Both the position numbers and the translations under genes were made by a program. Under the pieces are notes generated by a model. That model saw nothing but the letters and a program-made list of their open reading frames with translations, was not told the DNA's origin and did no database searches. DNA of 64,000 nt from assembly GCF_006345805.1 (NCBI RefSeq), contig NC_042997.1, positions 24,366,001 through 24,430,000 of the forward strand, read 5' to 3'. The DNA comes from Octopus sinensis (lineage: Eukaryota). This document shows, in pieces, positions 52,501-64,000 of the stretch (its first letter is position 1; each line of letters begins with the position of its first letter).

Positions 52501-53017
52501 TGAATATATGGCCATCTACTACTTCAACCTCCTTTGCCTCCCATTCTAGCGAGATTTCCAGTTTGAAGATATTAAAATACCATACTACATGCGACTTGCT
52601 AACAGTATTGATTATCGTCCGTGCAGGATCATTACCTAGTTACAGTGTGATATTCTGTGTGGTGTATATTTACCTACAACCAGGTTGAATGTTTGAAACA
52701 GCTGTTAAGACCCATCTCCACCTAATCATTCACATATGTATACAAAGCGTCTGACATAAACGAAATTCCTGCCAAGATATTCTTTATCCATCTTTTGTAC
52801 GTATATATCAAGAAAAATTTAATTGCCAGCATAATATGGCTGTCCTGTAAATGACGTTATTACTGTTTATTAGCCACAAGAAACATCGTTTGTAGCAAGA
52901 TAAACGGCAAATTATCTGTGTCCTTATATTTTCGAACCGGAAATTCAGCATCCCCGCCCCACCACAAAACAACACACACAAACACACAAACACACAAACA
53001 CACATACATATACACAA

Positions 53018-53082
<65 letters not shown>

Positions 53083-53104
53083 TATATATATTTATATATA
53101 TGTA

Positions 53105-53142
<38 letters not shown>

Positions 53143-53158
53143 TATATATATATTTATA

Positions 53159-53203
<45 letters not shown>

Positions 53204-53621
53204 CACATAAATATATACATTTATATATATACATATACATATGTGTCTGTGTGCGTGTGTTTATACATATATATACATATATATCTATATGCACACATAC
53301 GCACTCATAATTTGTAGCAACTACATAAATGGCAATGCTGGTACTTTTTATCACTAGAACTTTAAGAGATCATAGGAAGTTTATAACTCATAACATGAAA
53401 CACTAAACATAACATCATTCGTTAAGGATGGATAGATGCATGTATGTCTAACAGTCTGTATGCATGCATGTATGTATATATATGTATGTATGTGTGCATG
53501 TATGTATGTATGAATGTATGAGGATATTGCTCCATGTCTATATTTTTTGTGTGTATGTATGTATGAATGTATGTGTCTATATATACATGTATATATATAT
53601 ATATTTATATATATATACACC

Positions 53622-53658
<37 letters not shown>

Positions 53659-54019
53659 CCATATTTAGTATACTTGGTTATACATAAATGATCTCCCTTA
53701 CTGCGTTATTCTAAATAGTTATCTACTACCTATCACTCTATCAATCTATTCATCTAGATAATGCACACTTTCTCTCTTACTCTCACTCTCTCTCTCTTAC
53801 TCGCTCTTTCTCTCTCGCTCTGTATGTCTCTCTCTCTCTTTCTCGTTAATTTTCTTATTCTCTCTGTCCCAAATACATATAAAGACAAACACATCAGTTA
53901 TGTAGTTATTGCTCCATGTCTATATTTTTTGTTTGATAAGCCGATTTATTAGTGCACATCGGCAGTCATAAAAAAAAGTAAAAAAAAGAAACGAAGCGTT
54001 GTGCATATAGCATACAAAA

Positions 54020-54085
54020 TATAATAACGATAATGACAGTAAAATGGTTATGATGATAATGATAATAACATAATACTAAAAACTA

Positions 54086-54128
<43 letters not shown>

Positions 54129-54141
54129 AATGATAATAATA

Positions 54142-54228
<87 letters not shown>

Positions 54229-54343
54229 TAATGATAATAAATATAATATTAATAATAATAATGATAATAAATATAATATTAATAATAATAATAATATTGA
54301 TAATAATAATAATAATATTAATTATATTATTATTATTATTATT

Positions 54344-54390
<47 letters not shown>

Positions 54391-54538
54391 TAATAATAAA
54401 GAATAAAGAATAAAGATAAAAACAACTAATAACGATATTAATAATAGTAAAATAATAATGTTAATATATTTATTATTAAGGAAGGATTTGTATCAAATGC
54501 ACACATAATTATTATTATTACTATCATCATCTTCATAT

Positions 54539-54585
<47 letters not shown>

Positions 54586-54610
54586 GTTATTATTATTATT
54601 ATTATTATTA

Positions 54611-54665
<55 letters not shown>

Positions 54666-54670
54666 CATTA

Positions 54671-54727
<57 letters not shown>

Positions 54728-54735
54728 CATTATTA
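54020..54735. repeat. (AAT)n tract followed by inverted (ATT)n tract, ~110-bp spacer
   Basis: Direct inspection (AAT ~54020-54400, ATT ~54510-54735). Confidence 0.9.
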
Positions 54736-55157
54736 TGTTTTTGCTAAGGACAATGAAAACGGCATTTCAGAAACAAAATAAAAATGAAACCACAACGCCA
54801 ATGATTATCCTTCTGATGTTGCAGCTGATCTATGATTAGTGTCATTCATTCGATAAAGGCAATAACATATAACCCCTTTCCCCTTCACTTTTCCTTCTCT
54901 TTCTCACGCTCCCCCCACTACTCACATTCTCTCTTTCTCTCCTACTTTCTCTATTCCGTTTTTTATTTATTCTTACCTGTGACTTTATCGCTATGCAGGA
55001 TGATTGATTGTGAAACCGATACGGCAAGTTTATGTCTTCATGGCCTATCTACCAGATAACAGGATCCTGCGTTTTAGGAGTAATATAAAATGTATGAAAT
55101 ATATATAATCATTAATTGATGACCTATCCAACCCAGCTACCGACACCAATGCTGACT

Positions 55158-55159
<2 letters not shown>

Positions 55160-55247
<88 letters not shown>

Positions 55248-55290
55248 GTCTATCTATCTATCTATCTATCTGTCTATCTATCTATCTATC

Positions 55291-55348
<58 letters not shown>

Positions 55349-55349
55349 A

Positions 55350-55392
<43 letters not shown>

Positions 55393-55428
55393 TTATATAT
55401 CTATTTACCTATCTATCTATCTATCTCC

Positions 55429-55462
<34 letters not shown>

Positions 55463-55534
55463 ATCTATCAATCTATCTATCTATCTATCTATATGTGTAT
55501 CTGTCTATCTATCTATCTATCTATTTATCTATCT

Positions 55535-55575
<41 letters not shown>
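55160..55575. repeat. (TCTA)n tract abutting an inverted (TAGA)n tract
   Basis: Strand switch at ~55535. Confidence 0.9.
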
Positions 55576-55577
<2 letters not shown>

Positions 55578-55609
55578 CACATATTCCAAATATTTAGTGG
55601 GAAGAGGCG

Positions 55610-55900
55610 TGGGCGTCGCAATCATCAGAAACACTAGATACAGCTGAATGGGGTATGTCTTGTGTTGACTTAGCCAGTTGAATTATTTTTGAAACGGCTT
55701 CTTTTGCTGCAATTTCAGCGGCATTCAATATATTATTATGGGCGTTGGAAGATTTCACAATTTCATCTTTTACCGTAAATATGCTAGCACGGCATTTTGT
55801 TTTTAGATATTCTTAGCACAATAAACAAGTTCACCATTTCACCATTCTTATAGTATGCATGTCCATTACCAACCAACTTCTTACGACCTTTTTCTGAGTC
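55610..55900 (-). pseudogene. MULE/FLYWCH-type transposase fragment
   Basis: W*TCLLC*EYLKTKCRASIFTVKDEIVKSSNAHNNILNAAEIAAKEAVSKIIQLAKSTQDIP resembles FLYWCH W.C.......C.A.......IVK..N.HNH. Confidence 0.6.
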
Positions 55901-56342
55901 AATAAATTCAGCAGATATGTTTGGCAATGGGCCTTTTCACAGTGAATAATTCCAAATAAGAAATATTTTTTTAGTAGACAACTAGTTTTATTCCACATAA
56001 TAGTAAACAACTAGTTTTATTCCATATTATCATAAACATGTATTTATACTCAATGGCACGAATAAACAACTATTCCTTTCCACTTCCTACAAATTCATAA
56101 AACGAGAAACAATCTTTATATTTTAGCCAAATTCTGCTTTAGACAAATTGCGTTTAGATCAATTGTATTTTAGACGAATTTAATCGGATGCCATATATGT
56201 GTGTGTGTATGTGCGTGTGTGTGTGTGTGTGTGCGTGTATGAATGTATATACCCATAAAAAATATCTTCCTTTTAGGCCACTGGGCTTAATTTCAGTAGT
56301 TTCTCATTTATACTCAATTATAGAGTAACAAAAAGGTAGTCA

Positions 56343-56607
56343 TACTCTTTTACTCTTTTACTTGTTTCAGTCATTTGACTGCGGCCATGCTGGAGCACCG
56401 CCTTTAATCGAGGAACTCGACCCCGGGACTTATTCTTTGTAAGCCCAGTACTTATTCTATCGGTCTCTTTTTGCCGAATCGCTAGGTAACGGGGACATAA
56501 ACACACCAGCTTCGGTTGTCAAGCAATGCTAGGAGACAAACACAGACACACAAACACACACACGCATATATATATATATATATTATATATATATATATTA
56601 TATATAT

Positions 56608-56641
<34 letters not shown>

Positions 56642-56805
56642 CGACGGGCTTCTTTCAATTTCCGTCTACCAAATCCACTCACAAGGCTTTGGTCGGCCCG
56701 AGGCTATAGTAGAAGACACTTGCCCAAGGTGCCACGCAGTGGGACTGAACCCGGAACCATGTGGTTGATAGACAAGCTACTTACCACACAGCCACTCCTA
56801 CGCCT
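56343..56805 (-). mobile_element. SINE family C, full length
   Basis: Near-consensus copy with internal (TA)n. Confidence 0.9.
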
Positions 56806-57260
56806 GTCTTAATTGAATAGATGCGAGGCGACGAAAATCTTCACGACTTAAGATGCAATTAGAAAATTTACCTTTACATCTTATGAAAACTAATTCTTTA
56901 TTTACCATATGTTGAATTTAATCCACTTCTTATGATCCAGTCTGCAACAGATAAGAAACCCTCGGAATATTCAGCAATATTATTACGATTATTATGGTAT
57001 GTCTATCACTAATAATTCATAATAATTTTTTTAATTATCGTTATTTCTCATTTAGTATATTTCTTCTTAATTGCATTCGAAGCAGCCAGCCGGCCAATTT
57101 AGTATCTGAAGTAATATATATTTCGGAATTATCCACACAGAAACAATATCTTCAATATGTTTCTTTCTAATTCAATGCTATTTATGAAGTATCGCATGGC
57201 ATATTTGATATGACATCTGGGGTGCGAGAGAACTCTTCCAACGTAAAGGAGTATACGCGC

Positions 57261-57292
<32 letters not shown>

Positions 57293-57299
57293 CACACAC

Positions 57300-58700
57300 A
57301 CACACATAGGTACACACATGACATCATTTACAGAAAGCAAATCCGATGAGCACTTGCAGTTTTCTTGAACCAAATAATCCATGTCGTTCATTAGGCTGTT
57401 GTACTCCAAAGAATACAGAAGGAATGTAAACGAAATTTCACCGGAAATATTTTCTTGACCTCATGGTCCCATCAATGTCCCTAAAATAAGATTTCTGTAC
57501 TTAAACAGTGGTGTTATTACTCTTGAGAGATTCAATTGTAGGTTAACATTCAAAGATCTTGTATAGGGTCAAGTATTTGACTACAAAACATTTCATATAC
57601 AACACAGAATCAAGCATTATACAATCGAAGAAACGAAGAAGGCTGTCACACAGTGATAATACTATTACAGCTATACTTAAATTTTGTAAATTCACTTGTA
57701 GTTTATAATTTAGGACAAAGACTGGCAGGTTCCTGAATTGAAGCCACTGTCTTTAAACGTTGAATCAATGAATATGCTTTACGTGAGAAAACAGAGCTTT
57801 GTTTGATGTGCTGAACTTGTTATAAGTTTTCTCCTGTTCTCAGTCAGTATTCACAAACTACCCATAGCGTGTAACATGGATTCAAACATGTATCCAGGTA
57901 AAATACAAAACAAAAGACACGAGTGAAACAGAGGATAAAAACCTATACCAATGAACTAACAAAAGATGTAAAAAGATTGGACTTCGACCGTTTGTTTATA
58001 CAATAGTAAATATTCTGTTTAGCATAATGGGTCTAACGTTTTTGATGGCAGGGGTAAGTGAAGAGTGTTATTGGATAAGTGAATACCCATTATATGCTCT
58101 AGAATCTATACGGCTATTTTCATCCACATCCAGCTAATATTCAACGAGAAGTATGTAATTAAATATCAAAAATTGTCAAAGATATTTAAGAAAATGTTAT
58201 TTATTGTATGAATTTTGAAAGCAAATTGTAAACTGAATGTCAAAAGGAATGCGCATGCAATTTTTCTTCTTGGAGTAAATTTAATATGTAATGTTTAATG
58301 TTTGGCATTTACTATAATGCTTGTCGCGAATCCTGGAGCAAAGCGGGATAAAATCGACTCGGTGATCTTAGGTGCCAAGAGATCACCTATATAATTTTAG
58401 ACACTCCCAACACTTTCTGGGGTAAAGAAGGCTGAATCAAGGGTTCAAGGCAGAAGTAAGTAAATGGAAGAAAAATTATTAAAAATCGAGGACAAAAATA
58501 TAAAAAGAATTGAAGATGAAAGAGTATCGTTAAATCTTCAAATAATTATTACAGTATGGATCTCATTAATTTCATGCATATTTGATGATACCTGCAGACT
58601 CCTGTACAACTATTTTTGACAATATTTGCTTCCTTATAGCCGCCAGGTTATTGAAGTCTTTATATAAACTGCCTTTTATCCGGAATAAGTTGTATAGAAA
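57300..58700 (-). other. Complex sequence, possibly an old LINE (L1/Tx1-like) relic
   Basis: No long ORF; only weak RT-like fragments (FAFKIHTINNIFL..SWM; YNGY). Confidence 0.2.
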
Positions 58701-59186
58701 GTCTACTTGCTCTAAGTTTCAGTTACACCTTACTGCATTGCAATGAATTGTCAGTATATTCCTCTGAACTTTTACTATATCATGTCCGAGTGGCCTTGTA
58801 TAGGTACATACAGGCCGTTCCTACTCTTTTTTTTTTATAAAAGCACCTAACATAGAAAGAGTGAAAGAGTTTGTTACAATGCTTTTTGCTACAGTCGTCA
58901 GCAATCAACAATGGTTTACTAGTTGTTCGTCGGTCTCAGTTATTGTGGTATATCTTACCGAAATCCTACAGGAGAAAATTCTACATAAAGACGGAAATTT
59001 TACATGAATAAATACAAGATTATATTTATCATTTATAATTTAAACCATTAAATAGTGACATACTACAGTTCCATTACATAAGGTTTTGGCTAACCACCTT
59101 TTCGTCTTTATGACTTCAAAAACAACTTATCATTCCTCGATACAAGGATCTCCGATCTGTGCAGACACTGCCAAAATGCTTTAGAT

Positions 59187-59490
59187 CAGAGGTTCTCAAA
59201 CATTTTTCATTTATGGATCCTTTTGATTACTGTTATTCTGGTGGACCCCTGCAAACTTTTGATGCTTAAAAACTAGTTCTATAGAAACTTCTTTCTATAT
59301 TCCCATTTTGTTTTTCGTAGAAGAAACCTGTTTCTTGTAATACGTACCTATACATACATCAAAGGCAAAATTTTTTCAGGAACCCTTAAAATACTATTGT
59401 GGATCCCCAATTTACTATTTTGTTGTGTGGACCCTCCAAAATCTTATATGGACCCTTAGGGACCATATAGGCCCTGGTTGAGAACCACTG
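59187..59490. mobile_element. hAT/Charlie-type MITE (304 bp)
   Basis: TIRs CAGAGGTTCTCAAAC / GTTGAGAACCACTG; 8-bp TSD CTTTAGAT (59179-86) vs CTTCAGAA (59491-98), 6/8 identical. Confidence 0.85.
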
Positions 59491-59592
59491 CTTCAGAAGC
59501 TTACCAGATGTACCGGTGCCAACTAGATTTCTGTTGATATTTCTGGTTTTATACTTTGAACCACAAGTAAAATATAATTTGTTTAAAAGCAT

Positions 59593-60010
59593 AGGCGCAG
59601 GAGTGGCTGTGTGGTAAGTAGCTTGCCAACCAACCACATGGTTCCGGGTTCAGTCCCACTGCGTGGAACCTTGGGCAAGTGTCTTCTGCTATAGCCCCGG
59701 GCCGACCAATGCCTTGTGAGTGGATTTGGTAGACGGAAACTGAAAGAAACCCGTCGTATATATGTATATATATATATGTATGTGTGTGCGTGTATGTTTG
59801 TGTGTCTGTGATTGTCCCCCTAGCATTGCTTGACAACCGATGCTAGTGTGTTTACGTCCCCGTTACTTAGCGGTTCGGCAAAAGAGACCGATAGAATAAG
59901 TGCTGGGCTTACAAAAGAATAAGTCCCGGGGTCGATTTGCTCGATTAAAGGCGGTGCTCCAGCATGGCCGCAGTCAAATGGCTGAAACAAGTAAAAGAGA
60001 GTAAAAGAGT
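59593..60010 (+). mobile_element. SINE family C, full length
   Basis: AGGCGCAGGAGTGGCTGTGTGGTAAG..GGTTCCGGGTTCAGTCCC..CCTTGGGCAAGTGTCTT..tail GTAAAAGAG. Confidence 0.9.
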
Positions 60011-60690
60011 ATAGGAGAATCAGGACAGCAAGGCTACCATAATAAACCATATATCTCTTTCGTAGTCGTCGTCGGATTTATTTCGTATCCGAGAATTTAG
60101 TTTCTTCTTTACTGAATGCTTCCTTTGCGGTGATTCTGTTAATGACACTCTAGACCAATTCTTGCATAGAAAAGTCGATGGTATCGAGTGAATGGTAATG
60201 TTGGTGGAGGAAAAAGTTTATTTTTGTCAAGATTTTTTTCTTCTGTCGTTTGATTTAATCCTTTCCTCTTCTAGTGGTTTCGAAGATTTTGGCTCCCATA
60301 ATAATCTACATTTAATAGTTAGTTAAAATAGATACATTTCACCAAACCGGTTTTGCAGGGACGGGTATAATGTTTTTTTTTTACGTATATGTAGAAGGTT
60401 TAGTATAAGGTCAGCAATGCTTGTATCGATACAAGAACAAATGCAATTTTTATGTTGCCGTTGAAATAAACTGTTTCTGTCTTAAATTTCATTAGAACAT
60501 AGCCTCCCTACAAAATCTGCGAATTTTTCGTGTAAGGGAATTGCGTGCTTCCGTTGATGCGCGCACGCACACACACGCATAGTCTTGTTTCGTTTTTTCA
60601 GAAATGAAGAAACTGAAGTTAGGACTTGTCTCGCAACTCGGGTTTCACTCTATATGCGTATGTATGTGTATGTATGTGTATATATGCGTA

Positions 60691-60850
<160 letters not shown>

Positions 60851-60882
60851 TGTATGCAAATGTATTTATATTTGTATATATT

Positions 60883-60922
<40 letters not shown>

Positions 60923-62559
60923 GGTTACGTATATATGTGCGTATGTATGCACACACACACACACGTACAAGCGCGGGGCCGCGCGCGCATACACATCTGT
61001 GAGTCTATATGCGTGTCCTTCGGGGCTTTGAATTCTTAATTATCTAATAATTGCTATAAGATGTGTCTAAGGTATTTTATAACTTGTTTGACTCAGAAAC
61101 ACTTGAAATAGATATTTATTGTATCATGGAAATGCTTATATTATTTACTCCAGAGGATACATTTTTCTTACCTTTGCATCGAAATGTTCTGATACTATCT
61201 CACTGAAGTAGCCATGTTTTACAGCCATTTTAAACACCTCAACCAATAGTAAGATATTCCCTTTTGTATAATTGTTGGATAATTGTATTTTGTTTTCTTT
61301 TCCCCTGGCATTGATATTTTCTTAAACTTCAACTTCAACCGAGTTGTTATTGAATTCTCAAGAGTTTCTCCATACTAAAACACTGAACACTTGAGTTTTC
61401 GGAAATTATTCTAATTGACCCTTTACATTCTCAAAATCTGTGTGTTGAGTTTTGAAATATGGTTTAATTACAACATATCTACAAGGGCTGCACACCAGAA
61501 AAAGTGTCATGTCTCTAAAGCCTCCCTTATCGCTAATCTATAATTGAAGTTGTGCTGCTGCAGCCTGCAGACAAATTTTAAATGACACTGAATCGTACCT
61601 TTTAGGGACTATATCTTAACGAAAGAGATGTTAATTCTTTCACTAACGTATATGAAATGTTTGTACGACATTAAGTTAGTAAATACTTATTAATGGTTGA
61701 ATAATTTAGTACATTTCTATAAGAAATATAGTCAGTTTTCCAGCAAGATAACTTTTAAGTATGATAATGTTTTGGTTGGCATTATTATTTACTCACCCAT
61801 CGGTTTCAACATTTGTTTCACAAGTTCGATAAACAAAATTAATTATTGAGGAATTCTAATTTAATGACTCGTTTGCTCTATTGCCAGCTATATTCGTAAT
61901 CTAACCTTCAAAAATGAATGTCTAAGAAGATTGTGCACGCGTATCACAGGTACAGTTACAGTTACCTAAGTGAGATCCTAAATAATTGACGCTAACACAA
62001 TTTCAACTACAAGTTTTGCATCGGTTTGAGGTCGTTGTCGAAGAATCTTGGTTAAGAAAACATCAACCCGAAAACTCATATCTGCAAAATTGAATTTCAT
62101 ACCCCTGCTGTCTTATGCTCAATACAATTTCCATCAAGGAGCTAATATTACGCTTTTCAAAACAATATTGCTATATCAAGTGCTACTGAAAGCGAGATTC
62201 TCGTGGGGGTAAAGTAGAAAAGCAGGATATCCATCAATAAAGGCACACACATTATTAATTGCTGACTGTTTAATGACAATTATATTACTAACATGAGGTT
62301 TGTGCATCGAAGATTGGTATTTTACGAAATGTCAAACTTTTGGGGCAAATAAGAAGTATATTTCTATAAAAATACACGGGAGATGAGTATTGCATTAACT
62401 TAACGCCTAAAAGAAAGAAGAGGGTGATTCTTAACACCTCAGATAGTTCTTGTCCAGAAGAAAATTATTGGAGGAATGAGGAAGACGAAATGTTCAAAGA
62501 ACAGCAAAAAGAGATATACGGGCAAATGGTTAGGATCCAGAAGGGAATGCGGTTCTATG

Positions 62560-62803
62560 GTTGGAGCAAAGAAGGAAGGAGGAGCGGTTTGTATTTGTGC
62601 ATCAACTATTTGATATAGACATGAAAGAAAGTGGTGTAGGTAAATTTTTGGGTATGTGCGGTTGTGTGCAGTGATGTTCAAGTTGGAGCAAAGAAGGAAG
62701 GAGGAGCGGTTTGTATTTGTGCATCAACTATTTGATATAGACATGAAAGAAAGTGGTGTAGGTAAATTTTTGGGTATGTGCGGTTGTGTGCAGTGGTGTG
62801 CAA
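62560..62803. repeat. 122-bp tandem duplication (2 copies)
   Basis: GTTGGAGCAAAGAAGG...GTTGTGTGCAGTG starts at 62560 and 62682; identical for ~110 bp. Confidence 0.9.
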
Positions 62804-63899
62804 GTACGGAAGCGGACGCGTCACTAGGTGAGTGGGTTTAAGGTTTCCTTGAATGAATGTGTGTGAGAGGTAGAGAGGTGAAAGTGGGCGCTTGTGTGAG
62901 GTTAAATGAAAAGGAAAAATGCAGAGGGTATGATAGAATTGCATATACGTATATTGTTGTGAGACGTTGTTATATGGAACCTGGACATGATGAGGGAAAC
63001 CAAAGAGGAGAACAGCTGGAAGTTGAGCTTCATTCTATAATATTCCGCTCATATTTCTCATTTCTCTTTCTTACTGCATAGATAAATATTGGTTTCAATG
63101 CATATGAATATTATGCTATTTTATGTGCATACATAGCGGAGTATAAAGGAATGCATCTGTTCTACGTTGAATGTGTTATGTCTGTGTCTGCAGACGAGGA
63201 AATAAGTGTAGGGCATAAAGAAAGGATGGCGGGTTCATCTCTGATGCATTTCAAGCACAGATATATAAACATCGTGATTCAAATTTATAAACAGAAAAAG
63301 ATAATAAAAATAATATATTTTTACGAATATATGTGATGAAATGCACTCACACACGTGCACAAAAGTGCTTATCCTTTAATATAGATGTGCATGTCATTGC
63401 TTGCATGTAAGAATCTTTATCTACGATTGTCTGTCTGTCTGTCTCTTTTTATTTTTCTCTCTCCGTCACATCATAATATATGCATGTTTATATACACACA
63501 CCCTCACACGGGTATCTATGTATCTAGCTATATATATTTGTATATCTATCTATCTCTTTGTCTCTGTCTTTCTCTCTCTCTCTACGCATATCTATCTATT
63601 TATACATACAAACATACATACACACACAGAAGCATATAAACGTACACATATGTATGTGTTTGTGTCTATGTGTATGTGCGTGTGTGTGGTGTGTGTGTGT
63701 GTGTATGTATGAACGACTCCAGAAAGATAAACACGCAGTCGAAAGTGCGATCATGTGTAGATTTCAATTATCGAATGTAAGCATGCTGGTCGAAAACGAA
63801 CATTAACGCATATACATGCAGACAAAGGTGCATCAATTATCTATAACACGGATACACAAGAAACTAGTCATATATATATATATATGTATATATATATAT

Positions 63900-63978
<79 letters not shown>

Positions 63979-64000
63979 CACATATATACATGCATATACA

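Overview
AT-rich, microsatellite-saturated eukaryotic DNA with the repeat signature of an octopus (cephalopod) genome. The species is inferred from the SINE families and cannot be proven here. I found no host protein-coding exon that I can support; most listed ORFs are translations of (TA)n, (TATG)n, (AAT)n or (ATCT)n tracts. The window is an intronic or intergenic mosaic. It holds three to four tRNA-derived SINE families (a Meta-domain SINE, often in tandem arrays; a SINE with an internal microsatellite; CORE-like SINEs), a DD34D mariner with two frameshifts, and decayed DD37D/maT, hAT, MULE, R4/Dong, RTE, CR1 and Penelope-like (PLE) coding relics. There are also two MITEs and a non-autonomous Helitron. 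The most striking unannotated signal is a set of about ten type I hammerhead-ribozyme (HHR) motifs in at least six sequence-unrelated short elements, most next to (TA)n and several built as fold-backs. The best is a ~320-bp near-perfect palindrome (34972-35289) with an intact-core HHR at each end, one per strand. This fits non-autonomous PLE pseudo-LTR or retrozyme-like derivatives, and PLE RT and GIY-YIG relics lie in the same window. All assignments are by eye and need confirmation by search or experiment.
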